The notes beneath the pieces were generated by a model, which worked only from the letters and a program-made list of their open reading frames with translations, searched no databases and was not told where the DNA came from. 42,843 nt of DNA from Reclinomonas americana ATCC 50394 (taxonomy: Eukaryota), in NCBI GenBank assembly GCA_048213135.1, contig PS015178.1, forward strand, positions 120,069 to 162,911, given 5' to 3'. The translations under genes were made by a program, and so were the position numbers. Positions within the stretch are counted from its first letter, which is position 1; each line of letters opens with the position of its first letter. This document shows, one piece after another, positions 23,323 to 35,212 of the stretch.

Positions 23323-26312
23323 GCTGATCAAGTGCGACACGCACAGTGGCAGAGATTCGCACAACTGCGTTGGGACGATTCGGAACGAGTGCACAAGGTG
23401 CGTTTTCATTCTTTCTCTCTCGTTTGCTCGCTCTCTGTGTGCTGCTCATATGTGTGTGATGCGGATGGCAGGTCGTTTTGTCGGCGATTCCACCGGGAAC
23501 ATGGTGAGAGACGAATTTGCTACACATACGCGCGCGCGGTTTCGTTCACCGACTGTGTGTGTGTGTGTGTCCAGGGAATACAAGGTTGATTCTCTCTTTC
23601 ATACAGCGCATGTCAGTCGCTCAGTGCACATGTCTGATCGTCGCCGTGGTTGTGTTAGTTTCGCGTGGATGGTGAGTGGCGTGAGGACTGGACGCGACCA
23701 CGCGTGCAGAACAGCTTGGGATCGTACAACAACGTGATCCACTTGGAGCGACGGGCCATGTCGTCGTCGCCGCCGAGGCAGCGGTTGCGAGTGGGATCGG
23801 TGCACGAGACGGACCCGGCGATGCGGCATCAGGTGAGCTGTTGTCGCTCGCCGCGAGTGCCAGTCTTCTCTCTCAATCGCACGTGTTGTCTAGTCACCGG
23901 CCAAGGCGTCGGCGATTCCCGATTCGCGGGTGCGTGCTCGATTCGGTGTTGCTCTTTTGTGTCTGTGCCTTTGCTGAGCGGGGAGAGCGCGTATGTCACA
24001 GAGTTCGGCGTCGTGCGTGTCGGCGTCGTCCAGCACGTCGTCACTGGTGCGATGCGACGCTGTTCTCTCTCTTTCCTTGTCTCTCTTTCCTCATCGATTG
24101 TTGCCGAGCAGGAGGATGTCACTGATGCTGGGAGCATCACCAAGGAGGACTTTCTCACGCCGGTGCGCTTGTGGGAAATGCGACTGATGCGTCACTCGGG
24201 CACGTGGACCATGTGTGGCGAATCCGTGAGCAGCACACTGGATCAGCACCTGGCGGCCGGCGACACCAAGTTCTCGCTGGAGGATCGTGGAAGTTTCGTC
24301 GTGTTTTCGTTGCCACATCTCTCCTTCATCGGCGCGATGCTCACACACACGCACAGAGACGTACACTGTCGACCTGAAGAGCATGCTGCTGACGAACACC
24401 GCCGACGGCAAGGAGCGTGCACTGCGCTCCACCGAGTGCTACTCGTTCCCCGACAACTGCGCCCTGTTGGAGGCCATTGGCGCACCGCGTGGCTCCATGT
24501 GGGAGTACGAGACGCGCCAGACGTGGCGTCGATGCAGCGATGAGTGGTGCATGGCACTTGAGAAGTTGTACCAGATGATTCGCGCCGGCGAGGCAACCTC
24601 GCATTTGTTGCTGCTGAAGATTGGGCGAGCAAGGTGCGCGTGATTGCCGACAAGGTCGTGTGTGTCAGTACTGCCAAATTGACCGGCGATGCCGCCCAGA
24701 TTTCTCGTGGACCTGGCACGCTGCCACCAACGGCGACTCGACTCACACTCGGAGCGCCGATTAATATGTCGGCAGCACGCCGGCTCCACGGGACCGGTGC
24801 GTGAGAAGTTATTCACAGAGGAGAGTGAGCATGTAAGGAGGGTTGGCTGACTCCGACAATGATGGCTGCAGTTGTGTGCTCCGGACGACGTGGAGGGTGC
24901 GTTGGCTACGTTGCCGGTGGGGCGACCGCTGGCCGGCACTGCGGTGGACGAGGTGCTGTCCGACGGCGCCGCTTCGTCGGCTGCGTACTTTCGAGTGCCC
25001 ATGCTGCTGTCGGAGCCGCCGCACGATCACCTCAAAGTCTGTCAGGCGATACGGGATTTCATTGAGTATCGTGATATGCAAGCCCTGCGACTAATCCGCC
25101 GTCAAATCATGGTCCAGACCGGTGAGTCGCTTTCCTCGCCACGTTGTGCTGTCCCCCGAGTCGCTGACGTGTGGTGGTGTCTCGACATGATGATGGCAGT
25201 GGCTCGTGTGTACAACCTCTGGTTGCACCACGAACTGGAGGACAGCGAAGCATTTGTGCGTGCCGCACGCATGTACGCCTCGACTGCGGATCTGGTGGTA
25301 ACCGAGATGCCACGGTGTGACTCATTTTGTGTATGTTTGGTGGGATTGCATATCGAAGGAGAACTCATTCGTGCAACAGATACGAGACGCGACTGGAACT
25401 CGTCGGCGGTGACCCCATCGACAGCGCTATCGAGATGCAGGCCAGTGGCTACTCGCCCGCCGTAATGATGGTGGCCTCGTCGTCGACACCCGGTGGCGGC
25501 TTCACCCAGGGCAACAGCGGCCAAGAGGAGATGGTGTACAGAAGAACCTCCATGTTCCTCCACGGTAATCCGACTGCGTTGCCACTTCGTTCAACTTCGC
25601 TCCTCGTTTGTCTCACTTTTGTGCTCCACCAGCGCTGGATCCGCTGGGCATTGATGGTGCGCGCGACTGGCATTTCCCCTTGCCGCAATACGGTGTGTTG
25701 TACACGCCTGGCGTGCGCGTTTTGAGGCGAGGAGAGGATGCCGGCTACATGTGGTATCGCCCGCAGGGCGGCCGTCAATTGAATTTCATCACGGTGGCGG
25801 CATATGCCGATCCTCTCACTGTGCGCGGTCGTGATGGGTACGTGCTATGTCATTGTGTGCGTGTGAAGCTGTGAAGTGCCCTCATTCGGCACTGCCGGTG
25901 CAGTGAGCTGCACCTGAAGGAGGACTGGATCGTGGAGGGCATTCGCGAAAAGATCCGCTCACTGCTGCGGGTGGCTCTGCACAACGAACGCGACAGTGTG
26001 GTGCTGACGCCACTCGGCTGTGGCGCACACCGCAACCCACCCGGACACATCGCACGACTGATGCGCCACGTGCTGCTGGAGCCCGAGTTTGTCAATTGCT
26101 TTGCGTGGGTGCGAATCGCCGTCACGGAGGACGAGAACAGGTGAGAATGATCGCACGTCACGTGCACTGCACTGCGCATTGCATTCATGTGTGTAACCTC
26201 GCAGTGGTCNNNNNNNNNNNNNNNNNNNNAACCACACAATCCCGACGGCAACACGCTACCCTTCCAACGAGTCTTTGCAGATATCGTAACGAAGAAGCGC
26301 AGAGTCAAATGA
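23149..26312 (+). CDS. CBM48 (AMPK-beta-type glycogen-binding) + tandem WWE + DUF2263 bacterial-type poly(ADP-ribose) glycohydrolase
   Basis: Exons 23149-23232, 23347-23397, 23472-23503, 23575-23584 and 23659- give 'VEVRW...VEVTGNF...PPGTWEYKFRVDGEWREDWTRPRVQNSLGSYNNVI'. WWE-like 'TYTVDLKSMLLTNTADGKERALR' and 'WEYE...FLVDLARCHQRRLDSHSERRLICR'. PARG 'PGGGFTQGNSGQEE', 'GVLYTPGV', 'LGCGAHRNPP', ends 'HNPDGN...KKRRVK*'. Confidence 0.85.
23274..23321. repeat. (GT)n microsatellite in intron 1 of the CBM48-WWE-PARG gene
   Basis: Perfect GT dinucleotide run. Confidence 0.95.
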
Positions 26313-26741
26313 AATCCACCATCTGTTTGCTGTACTCGAGCTTCGTGGCGACTGAAAAAAGCAGGAAAACGGGGCGACAGCGAGCGACTTACCGATGTAG
26401 CAGGCTTTGCTTCCACGAACCCACCTCACTCATCAGCTGGCCAGGTTTGTACGCATGTGAGGTCTTCTTCCTACTCCTTCCCGCCACGGATCCACCACCG
26501 CCGCCTCCTCCTCCTCTTTCCTCTCCGACAAAACCGCCGCTCAATAATCCACACCACCTCCACATCCACCGTCGCATGAGCGGGGCACGAGCACGGATCA
26601 CGAAGATCAGCAGCATTGGTACACGATAGGCCGGTTCCAGGTCAGGGAGGGGGCACGAAACCAGATTGGCAACAGGAGAAGGTACTATGGAGGGCAACAG
26701 ACAGAGAAGGAGGATGCTAAGGCGGTGACTACGAGAGAGAC

Positions 26742-28694
26742 TCAGACAACTTGTCGCTTGGCGGCCGGGCTGATGGAGCGGCGTCGCGGTGACGACACAC
26801 GCTTCGCTCCCGAGTGGTCGACCTCGCCAGCCTCTCGCGACGACGCCGAATTGGACCGCGATCGTCCACGGTTCCGCGACGTGTGAACTGCGCGAAAGAA
26901 AAATGAGTGAGGGGTGGAAGATCGCGTATCACACACACGCNNNNNNNNNNNNNNNNNNNNNNNNNNNNNNNNNNNNNNNNNNNNNNNNNNNNNNNNNNNN
27001 NNNNNNNNNNNNNNNNNNNNNNNNNNNNNNNNNNNNNNNNNNNNNNNNNNNNNNNNNNNNNNNNNNNNNNNNNNNNNNNNNNNNNNNNNNNNNNNNNNNN
27101 NNNNNNNNNNNNNNNNNNNNNNNNNNNNNNNNNNNNNNNNNNNNNNNNNNNNNNNNNNNNNNNNNNNNNNNNNNNNNNNNNNNNNNNNNNNNNNNNNNNN
27201 NNNNNNNNNNNNNNNNNNNNNNNNNNNNNNNNNNNNNNNNNNNNNNNNNNNNNNNNNNNNNNNNNNNNNNNNNNNNNNNNNNNNNNNNNNNNNNNNNNNN
27301 NNNNNNNNNNNNNNNNNNNNNNNNNNNNNNNNNNNNNNNNNNNNNNNNNNNNNNNNNNNNNNNNNNNNNNNNNNNNNNNNNNNNNNNNNNNNNNNNNNNN
27401 NNNNNNNNNNNNNNNNNNNNNNNNNNNNNNNNNNNNNNNNNNNNNNNNNNNNNNNNNNNNNNNNNNNNNNNNNNNNNNNNNNNNNNNNNNNNNNNNNNNN
27501 NNNNNNNNNNNNNNNNNNNNNNNNNNNNNNNNNNNNNNAAACACACACATATACACACCGGCGGGTGATCGTGAACGCGGGCGGTCGCGGTGTGTGCTGC
27601 GCAGGAGGTCAACACAAGAGAGAAACAGAGGAGAGAGAGGAGAGACAATGGGGCAAAAGCTCACCGCGCACGCGAGGCCGATGGCGAGGGAGTGCGGCTG
27701 AAGGATCGCCGGCGGTGTCGTGGCAAGCGATCCACGCGGTGCTCGTACGACGGGCGACGCGGACTCGACCGACGTGGACTCGCATGACGCCGCGGGCTTG
27801 CGCGACGCGGGCTGCGTGCCGGACTGCGAGCCGGACTGCGCGACTTGTAGCCTTCTCGACGGTACGAAAAGGCGCGGTCTCGCTCAAGCACCGCACTGTC
27901 GCCGAGGTGAGCAACATGCCAGCAGTAATGACAGAGACAACGTACACGCACCCCGTGTTCTTGCTGCGCTTGCCGAGATCAAAGTCGACGCGGAGAACGC
28001 GGCCCTCCAGCTCCTTCTCATGGAAGCGACCGTGGGCTTTCTCGGCCTCCGCCTGGAAGAGGACAAGAGGAGAAGAGAAGGAGGAGAAGATAAGAGATGA
28101 GATGAGAAGAGATGAAGGAGGAGGAGAGACAGACGAGAAGAAAAAGAGATGAAATGAATAGAGAGGTGACACAGTGAACAGACATGCACACAGCGCAGAG
28201 ACACAGAGGGTGAGAGACAGACCTGCTCGTTGAACTCGATAAAGGCATATCCCTCGCTCTGCCCGCGATTATTCGTGCCAATCTTGATCGACTCCACTTG
28301 CCCGCACTGCCCAAAGAGCTCCTCCAGCGACTTGGCAGTCGCCGAGTACGGCAGGTTGCCCACAAACAAGTACCGCGACGGCGGGTTGCGTTGCAAGCTG
28401 CGTTGTGTAAACACACACAAAAGTGTGACATTTCCACACACTCGTTTCCTCCACAACGCACAGAGACAACTCACCGCGCACCACGTCGGAAGCCACCACC
28501 GCCGCCACCACCACCACCGTGGCCACCATGCCCGCCCTGCGCGCGCGTGTTGAGCATACACACACACAACTTGACAAAGCAAAGTGTCACAAGGGAATCA
28601 CCTCTCGCCGCTCACGTCGCCGATAGTGATCCCGATCGCGGCTCCCCGCACGCTCCGCACTGCGACTCCGACTGCGGCTGCGACGATCGCTCAT
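26742..28694 (-). CDS. SR-rich RRM RNA-binding protein (Tra2-like layout RS-RRM-RS)
   Basis: ATG 28694 'MSDRRSRSRSRS'. RNP2 'LFVGNL' and RNP1 'EGYAFIEF'. C-terminal 'RSPARSPARSPRR'. The last exon lies across an N gap. Confidence 0.8.
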
Positions 28695-28847
28695 CAAAGT
28701 GCAAACAAAAGCAAAGTGCGTCCAAAGTCACGCTGTCGGAGAAATTTCGCGCGCTGCAAACAGGTAACCCCTCAATCACACGTGTGGAGTGCGCGCTTGT
28801 GTTTGTTGTCACCAGCAGAGTGCAAGTGTGAGTGCCAAGTGTGCGAC

Positions 28848-31800
28848 ATGTCTGCTGCTGCGGGTGCTGGTCGGCGACGCGCCATGTCGCCTCCGTCGTC
28901 GCGCAGTGTCTCCGAGCTGCACAGTGAGTTGCACAGTGATGACACAGCGGGAGGAGCGTCTGTGGACGGAAATGTGTCGCCAAGCAGCTCTGTGGGAGGC
29001 GGCGGTAATCATCGTGTGGCGTCGGTGCCGGATGTCACTGTTGTGCGAGGACACATCATTACGCCCTCCAATGCCTCCTCTCGGTGCGGAAAGTATCAGT
29101 GATTCTGTCTGCCTGTCTGTCTATGTGTGTGCGCGCACGCAAGAGTGATGCATTTGTCGGTGGATGCAATGTGGCTGACGACGGCGTGTTTGTTGTGGTT
29201 GGGAAGAATCACGCGACAGGAGCTGTATGCGCACGAGTGGGAGGGCGAGGCGCGGACGCCGGCGGAGGAGCGCGAGGTGCAGTTTATGATTGAGGAACGC
29301 ATGCTGCATGAGATGAAGAAGAGTGCGGTGAAGCGCGAGAAGCGACAGGCTCCGTTGCGTTGTTTCCTCGACTCGGCTTGTGTTGCGTTGCGAGGGAAAG
29401 TGGCTGACGGCAGTGTGTGGTGCGCAGGTTGGTGTTCACTGAGCTGTTGCCGTTTGCGCGCGACGGTGTCAAGAGCATCATTGAGGATGTTGCGTCTTGC
29501 TGTCTCACTCGCTGGATTCTGTTATCTCTCTCTGACGATGAGTGTGGTCTGCAGGANNNNNNNNNNNNNNNNNNNNNNNNNNNNNNNNNNNNNNNNNNNN
29601 NNNNNNNNNNNNNNNNNNNNNNNNNNNNNNNNNNNNNNNNNNNNNNNNNNNNNNNNNNNNNNNNNNNNNNNNNNNNNNNNNNNNNNNNNNNNNNNNNNNN
29701 NNNNNNNNNNNNNNNNNNNNNNNNNNNNNNNNNNNNNNNNNNNNNNNNNNNNNNNNNNNNNNNNNNNNNNNNNNNNNNNNNNNNNNNNNNNNNNNNNNNN
29801 NNNNNNNNNNNNNNNNNNNNNNNNNNNNNNNNNNNNNNNNNNNNNNNNNNNNNNNNNNNNNNNNNNNNNNNNNNNNNNNNNNNNNNNNNNNNNNNNNNNN
29901 NNNNNNNNNNNNNNNNNNNNNNNNNNNNNNNNNNNNNNNNNNNNNNNNNNNNNNNNNNNNNNNNNNNNNNNNNNNNNNNNNNNNNNNNNNNNNNNNNNNN
30001 NNNNNNNNNNNNNNNNNNNNNNNNNNNNNNNNNNNNNNNNNNNNNNNNNNNNNNNNNNNNNNNNNNNNNNNNNNNNNNNNNNNNNNNNNNNNNNNNNNNN
30101 NNNNNNNNNNNNNNNNNNNNNNNNNNNNNNNNNNNNNNNNNNNNNNNNNNNNNNNNNNNNNNNNNNNNNNNNNNNNNNNNNNNNNNNNNNNNNNNNNNNN
30201 NNNNNNNNNNNNNNNNNNNNNNNNNNNNNNNNNNNNNNNNNNNNNNNNNNNNNNNNNNNNNNNNNNNNNNNNNNNNNNNNNNNNNNNNNNNNNNNNNNNN
30301 NNNNNNNNNNNNNNNNNNNNNNNNNNNNNNNNNNNNNNNNNNNNNNNNNNNNNNNNTTTCACGCCGTGCTTCCAGAGCAAGCCACCGCCGCGATGGAATC
30401 ACAGCCCGCTCCTGTTCATCATGTGGGTGGTGGGCGTTTTGATTCGCTACCTGATCTTGTTCCCCATCAAGTTGCGTCCATGTGTGGTGTGTGTGTGGTC
30501 GCGTGCGCTCACCAGCTGAGTGGCCGCCTCGCGCAGGGTCTTGTTTTTGGTGGGTGGCACGCTCTCTCTCGGCATCGTGTTTGCCATTGTGTTGCTGCTG
30601 AAGAACGGGCCGAGCAAGACATTTATTATTGTGCGTGGGCGTCGGAGATGTGCTTGTCCCCACTCAACTCCGCTCGCTCACTGTGACGCTTACGCAGCGC
30701 AAACTGTTGCAATGGTGGGCCGGTGTCTTTATCCTGTCGTGGTTTGGTGTCATTCGCTACCACGGCGTCTTCCCCGCACGGCGAGCCAATCAGGTGCGGT
30801 GCGGTCGGCACTATTTCTGCCATCGCCTTTTTCTCACCTCGTTCTCGTGACAGATCTTTGTGGCGAACCACTCGTCGCTGACCGACTACATTCTGCTGCT
30901 GCACTTTTCGCCGTTTGCCAGCGTCGGTCAAGCCCACCCTGGGTTCCTCGGTGGGTGCATTTGTGCCACGAAGAAAGGCTGTGTCACCTAACTGACTGAC
31001 GCTCGTCTGCAGGTGCTCTGATCAAGGTGATCTCGCCCCTCGGCAACATCATGTTCAATCGGTAAGCCATGGCCATGATAGCCAGCATACATACTGATTG
31101 GTGGAGTGGTGTCTGACCCCCGGATCGCTGCAGCTTCGAGGCTCGCAATCGCCACTTGGTCACGGAGAGGTGCGACGCGCCGACAATTTTTCTTGCATCC
31201 GCCTGTGATGTGCGTGCTGACTGCGTATTACAAACAGACTGAAGGCACACATTGCCGACGTGAGCAACCCACCGCTGTTGATTTTCCCGGAGGGCGTCTG
31301 CGTCAACAATCAGTACACGGTGCGTGCACACACACAGTGTTTTTCTTTACCACCTATTTCTCTTTGGTACTAATATCATTGTGTCGACATGCAGGTCATG
31401 TGGCGCAAGGGAGTTTCGTGGTGGAGAATGCATTGTGGTCATGTAGGAAGGTGCTGAAACTCATGTGTGTCTATGTTTCTGCAGGCTTTTGAGATCGATG
31501 CCACGGTGTGCCCGGTGGCCATCAAGTACAACCGCAACATGTGCGATCCCTACTGGAACTCGAAGCGCGAGGGCTTCCCCACGCACCTCCTCCGGTGAGT
31601 GTGTACAAGAGACAAGCTGCTGCTTACGACGACTTGCTCACCTTCATGTTCCGTAGGTTGATGCGATCGTGGTTCATCGCCGCCGATGTGTACTTCCTCG
31701 AGCCACAGCGCATCCGCGACGGCGAGTCTCCCATCGACTTTGCGTCGCGCGTGCAGGTATGTTGTCGGTACCTGTCACCAGAGTGAGAGACCTGGCTGAA

Positions 31801-32128
31801 CGCGGCTTGTGTGCAGAAATTGGTGGCCAACAAGGCGCGCCTGAAGGTGTGCCCATGGGACGGCTACCTCAAGTTGCGTCCGCGCCTTTCTCGAAGCACA
31901 TGCACAGTTGTCTCACGCGATATTTCGCCGTGCAGGTACTTTGAGCCGAGTCCACGCTTCAAGGAGCGCAAGCAGAAGCTGTTTGCCGACATTCTGCTGA
32001 AGAACTACGAGTCCACCGCACTCGGAATGCCGCGCTCCTACACGGAGGACAGTCTCGCAAACAGCGACACGGAGGAGGTCGGCGAGGCGGACAAGTCGTC
32101 GCAACAACCGGCGAGGAGTGCAGAGTGA
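28848..32128 (+). CDS. Glycerol-3-phosphate acyltransferase (GPAT3/4, plant GPAT9-like)
   Basis: PlsC-type motifs 'IFVANHSSLTD' (HxxxxD), 'LIFPEGVCVNN', 'KGAFEIDATVCPVAIKY', 'WDGYLKYF'. Contains an N gap. Confidence 0.9.
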
Positions 32129-32235
32129 CGAACGAATCATATCGCTCCACGCACGTAATACTCACTGAGGATTGTACAAAAGCTTGTCGAAACTCTCGCG
32201 TGTGTGTGTGCGCGCGTGTATGCTCTCATACACAC

Positions 32236-33678
32236 TCAGCTACAAATGACATCGCGGAACGGCGCCACATTTCCGTTGGGATTGTGACTCTTTCGACTGT
32301 TGTGGTCCTCGATGATGGCGAAACAGACGTATCTGCATGTGTGTGTGATGCGTCAGGTATACGAACAGAGGCGACGACCACTGGGAAGAGACGCACTGGA
32401 ATTTGCGGGCAAACTCATCCTCGGCAAACACCTCGCGGAACAGAAGTGCCACGTGCCGCGGCGGACAGCAGTATGCGCCACACCCAAACGCACTCAGCAC
32501 CAGCGCCGTGCGACCATGAGCCAGACTCATGCGCAGAATGGTGCGGATCTTGGCCTTCATGGCACGAATATCGCGTGCATCGGCCAGCTCTTGCCTGTAT
32601 CGGGATGAGAAGGAGCGGAGCGTGTCAAAAACACATGCGACGTAACCCTCGCAGTGGCGGGTGATGAAGGGCGGCCACGGCAACAAAGTCCATGAGGAAC
32701 GGCTTCTCCAAGAACGGATAGCCTGTGTGCGCGACGCAGTGAGTGCCCATACAGTAATTCCCACCATCTCCAGGCATCCCCGCTGCGAACCGAGAGCCTC
32801 GTTGCCGCGTATCACCGGCACACCGGGCGAGTACACACCACCCTCCAGTTCAAGCGGGTATCGCCAGCGGCGGCCAGAATCCAAACGTGCCGGATCCTGT
32901 GCAAGTGTCAACATGACAAGTCGATATCACGAGCGACACAACGGCACACGCACCACTAACGCCATAAAGTAGGCACTCCGGCGGAACAGGTTCTCCTCCT
33001 GTGCACCGGCACCACCCACCACGCCACCGCCCGGATGCCTCGCCGATGCCATGTTCAGCACGACCACGCTGTATCATGCAAGCTCAGCATGCAGACTTTT
33101 ACACAAGAATCCAACCAACGCAAACCTGTGGCCCACATCCAGCAACTGCTGCGCCTTGTCCAGACAGTCGCACTCGTCGACCTCAAACACCGTGTCGTAC
33201 CTGTGTGTCACGATCGAGTTGAACATGCAACGATCAAAGTCCGAGAATACTCCCTGCCTGCTCACCCCTCATCCTCCGACGCCACCGGAGCCGACACCAA
33301 CGCTCTCGAATCCGCATACATGACCGTGCCACGCGCAGCGCGCACACACTGCTCGAGGAACTCACCCGCCGACTCCATACTCGTCTCCACAAACGCGCGT
33401 CCGCCGCTAATCACATGCTCGCACGTCTGCACATACACCAGCTTGCGCAAGCGCCGCAGCGAGTCGCGCATGCGGTCGCCACCTCCGCGCTCCACTGCTG
33501 CATCAAAGGCGTCGCGCCACGCGCCTGCATTGTGCGAGCGCCACGGTGATCGAAGTGCGGCAGTCAGCATTTTGCGCTGTTGTCGCAGGAAGTGGCGAAC
33601 GGCGTCAACGGCATTGAGGTCGTCGCCGCAAATGTCGCTGTAGTCGTCGGAGGAGGATGAAGAGGCGGCCGAGGCCAT
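32236..33678 (-). CDS. Stand-alone DUF2263 / bacterial-type poly(ADP-ribose) glycohydrolase
   Basis: 'VVLNMASARHPGGGVVGGAGAQEENLFRRS', 'GGVYSPGVPVIRG', 'KIRTILR...LVLSAFGCGAYCCPP', ends 'HNPNGNVAPFRDVICS*'. Confidence 0.9.
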
Positions 33679-33803
33679 GTGCGCGATCGAATTGAAGTGG
33701 GAGGTAATGGATCGCCAGTCAGTCGACCGCGCGGAGTTGTCTTAGTAAGTCTCTAACTACGAGAGTGAGAGAGGTTGCGCTTTAGGCGAGCAAGCAAGCA
33801 AGA
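33679..33803. promoter_or_regulatory. Putative bidirectional promoter between PARG and NAD synthetase
   Basis: 125 bp between divergent ATGs (33678 on -, 33804 on +). Inferred from geometry only. Confidence 0.5.
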
Positions 33804-34076
33804 ATGCGTTTGGTGACAGTCAGCACGACGGCGCTGGATCAGTGGGCGATGGATTTCGAGGGCAACCTTGCTCGTTGCGTTTGCTTGTCTCCTCCACCAC
33901 ACGAGCGTGCTTGCATGCGTGTCTGCACTCGTCTGTGGCGGGAGACGCAGAGTGCGAATCTCCCTTTTCCCTCGCTGTGTTTGTGTTGTGTGTGATCACG
34001 CACTGCTGCACATGTCACGCACACTTTCCCACTCACTGTGTGTGTGTGTGCGTGCGTGTGCGCGACTGCAGGCACG
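33804..34076 (+). CDS. NADSYN1: Glutamine-dependent NAD+ synthetase, first exons
   Basis: 'MRLVTVSTTALDQWAMDFEGNLAR' matches the eukaryotic NADSYN1/QNS1 N-terminus. Confidence 0.9.
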
Positions 34077-34358
34077 NNNNNNNNNNNNNNNNNNNNNNNN
34101 NNNNNNNNNNNNNNNNNNNNNNNNNNNNNNNNNNNNNNNNNNNNNNNNNNNNNNNNNNNNNNNNNNNNNNNNNNNNNNNNNNNNNNNNNNNNNNNNNNNN
34201 NNNNNNNNNNNNNNNNNNNNNNNNNNNNNNNNNNNNNNNNNNNNNNNNNNNNNNNNNNNNNNNNNNNNNNNNNNNNNNNNNNNNNNNNNNNNNNNNNNNN
34301 NNNNNNNNNNNNNNNNNNNNNNNNNNNNNNNNNNNNNNNNNNNNNNNNNNNNNNNNNN

Positions 34359-35030
34359 CGTGTGCGGACTGTCCGTGGCAAACAGCTCCTCGCACGTCTC
34401 CGATCCAATCACCACTCCGTCGCTCAACTCGAGCACGGCCTCACCAAACGGAACTGCAGCACTCCACGACGTGAGATCACTGTGCGATCGCCGTGAGTGA
34501 TGTGACAGGCAGACCTTCCGTCTGCCCCGTGGCCTCCTGCACAAAGAGCGGCAACGTGTGCTGCTCGTACTGGAAGCGACGATCCCACGGCACGAACCAG
34601 CGACCCTCACGATAGTTTCTATCGCGCATCGTGAGACAAGTGCTCGTTGCTGAGTAAGTTGTCCTCGCGAAGAACGCATACCCATCGTTGGCCAGCGACA
34701 TCTTTGGTCGCAGCAGGAGGATCTTGCCGTTGAGGACCCACGCGCGACAGTTGTACCGCACTCCACGATGGATCACCGGCATGCCGACATCGACCAGGAT
34801 GTCTTGGCTGTGCTCCGACTGCAGCACCTCGCACAGCGCCTGCCACGAGTGCATCTCCGTGTCGGCCTCCAGAAAGTGATCCTCGCATCCATAGCCTGCG
34901 CGGTGTGCATGAGTGGTCAGTGATGCAGCAGCTGCAATGATCATGCATGGAGGCACGTGCCTGGGAGCTCCAACTCCGGTCCCAATCGGTATCGCGCGCC
35001 CATTTCGCGCGCGGCCTTGATGCTGCCCAG
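34359..35030 (-). CDS. NADSYN1: Glutamine-dependent NAD+ synthetase, nitrilase-domain exons (inverted contig)
   Basis: '[23 protein letters not shown]', 'LLRPKMSLANDGNYREGRWF', 'IGSETCEELF' (Glu-Lys-Cys triad motifs). Confidence 0.95.
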
Positions 35031-35212
35031 NNNNNNNNNNNNNNNNNNNNGAGAGAGAGAGAGGGAGAAAGCAGAAAGGGAAAACAGAGAGGCACTGACG
35101 GATTCCGAGGGAGCAGACAGCCACACACACACATGAGCGCCCACACGCTTAGTGAGAGATAGGAAGCCATCAATGGAAACGCCTTGGCCTTCCTTCTATC
35201 TCTCACACACAC

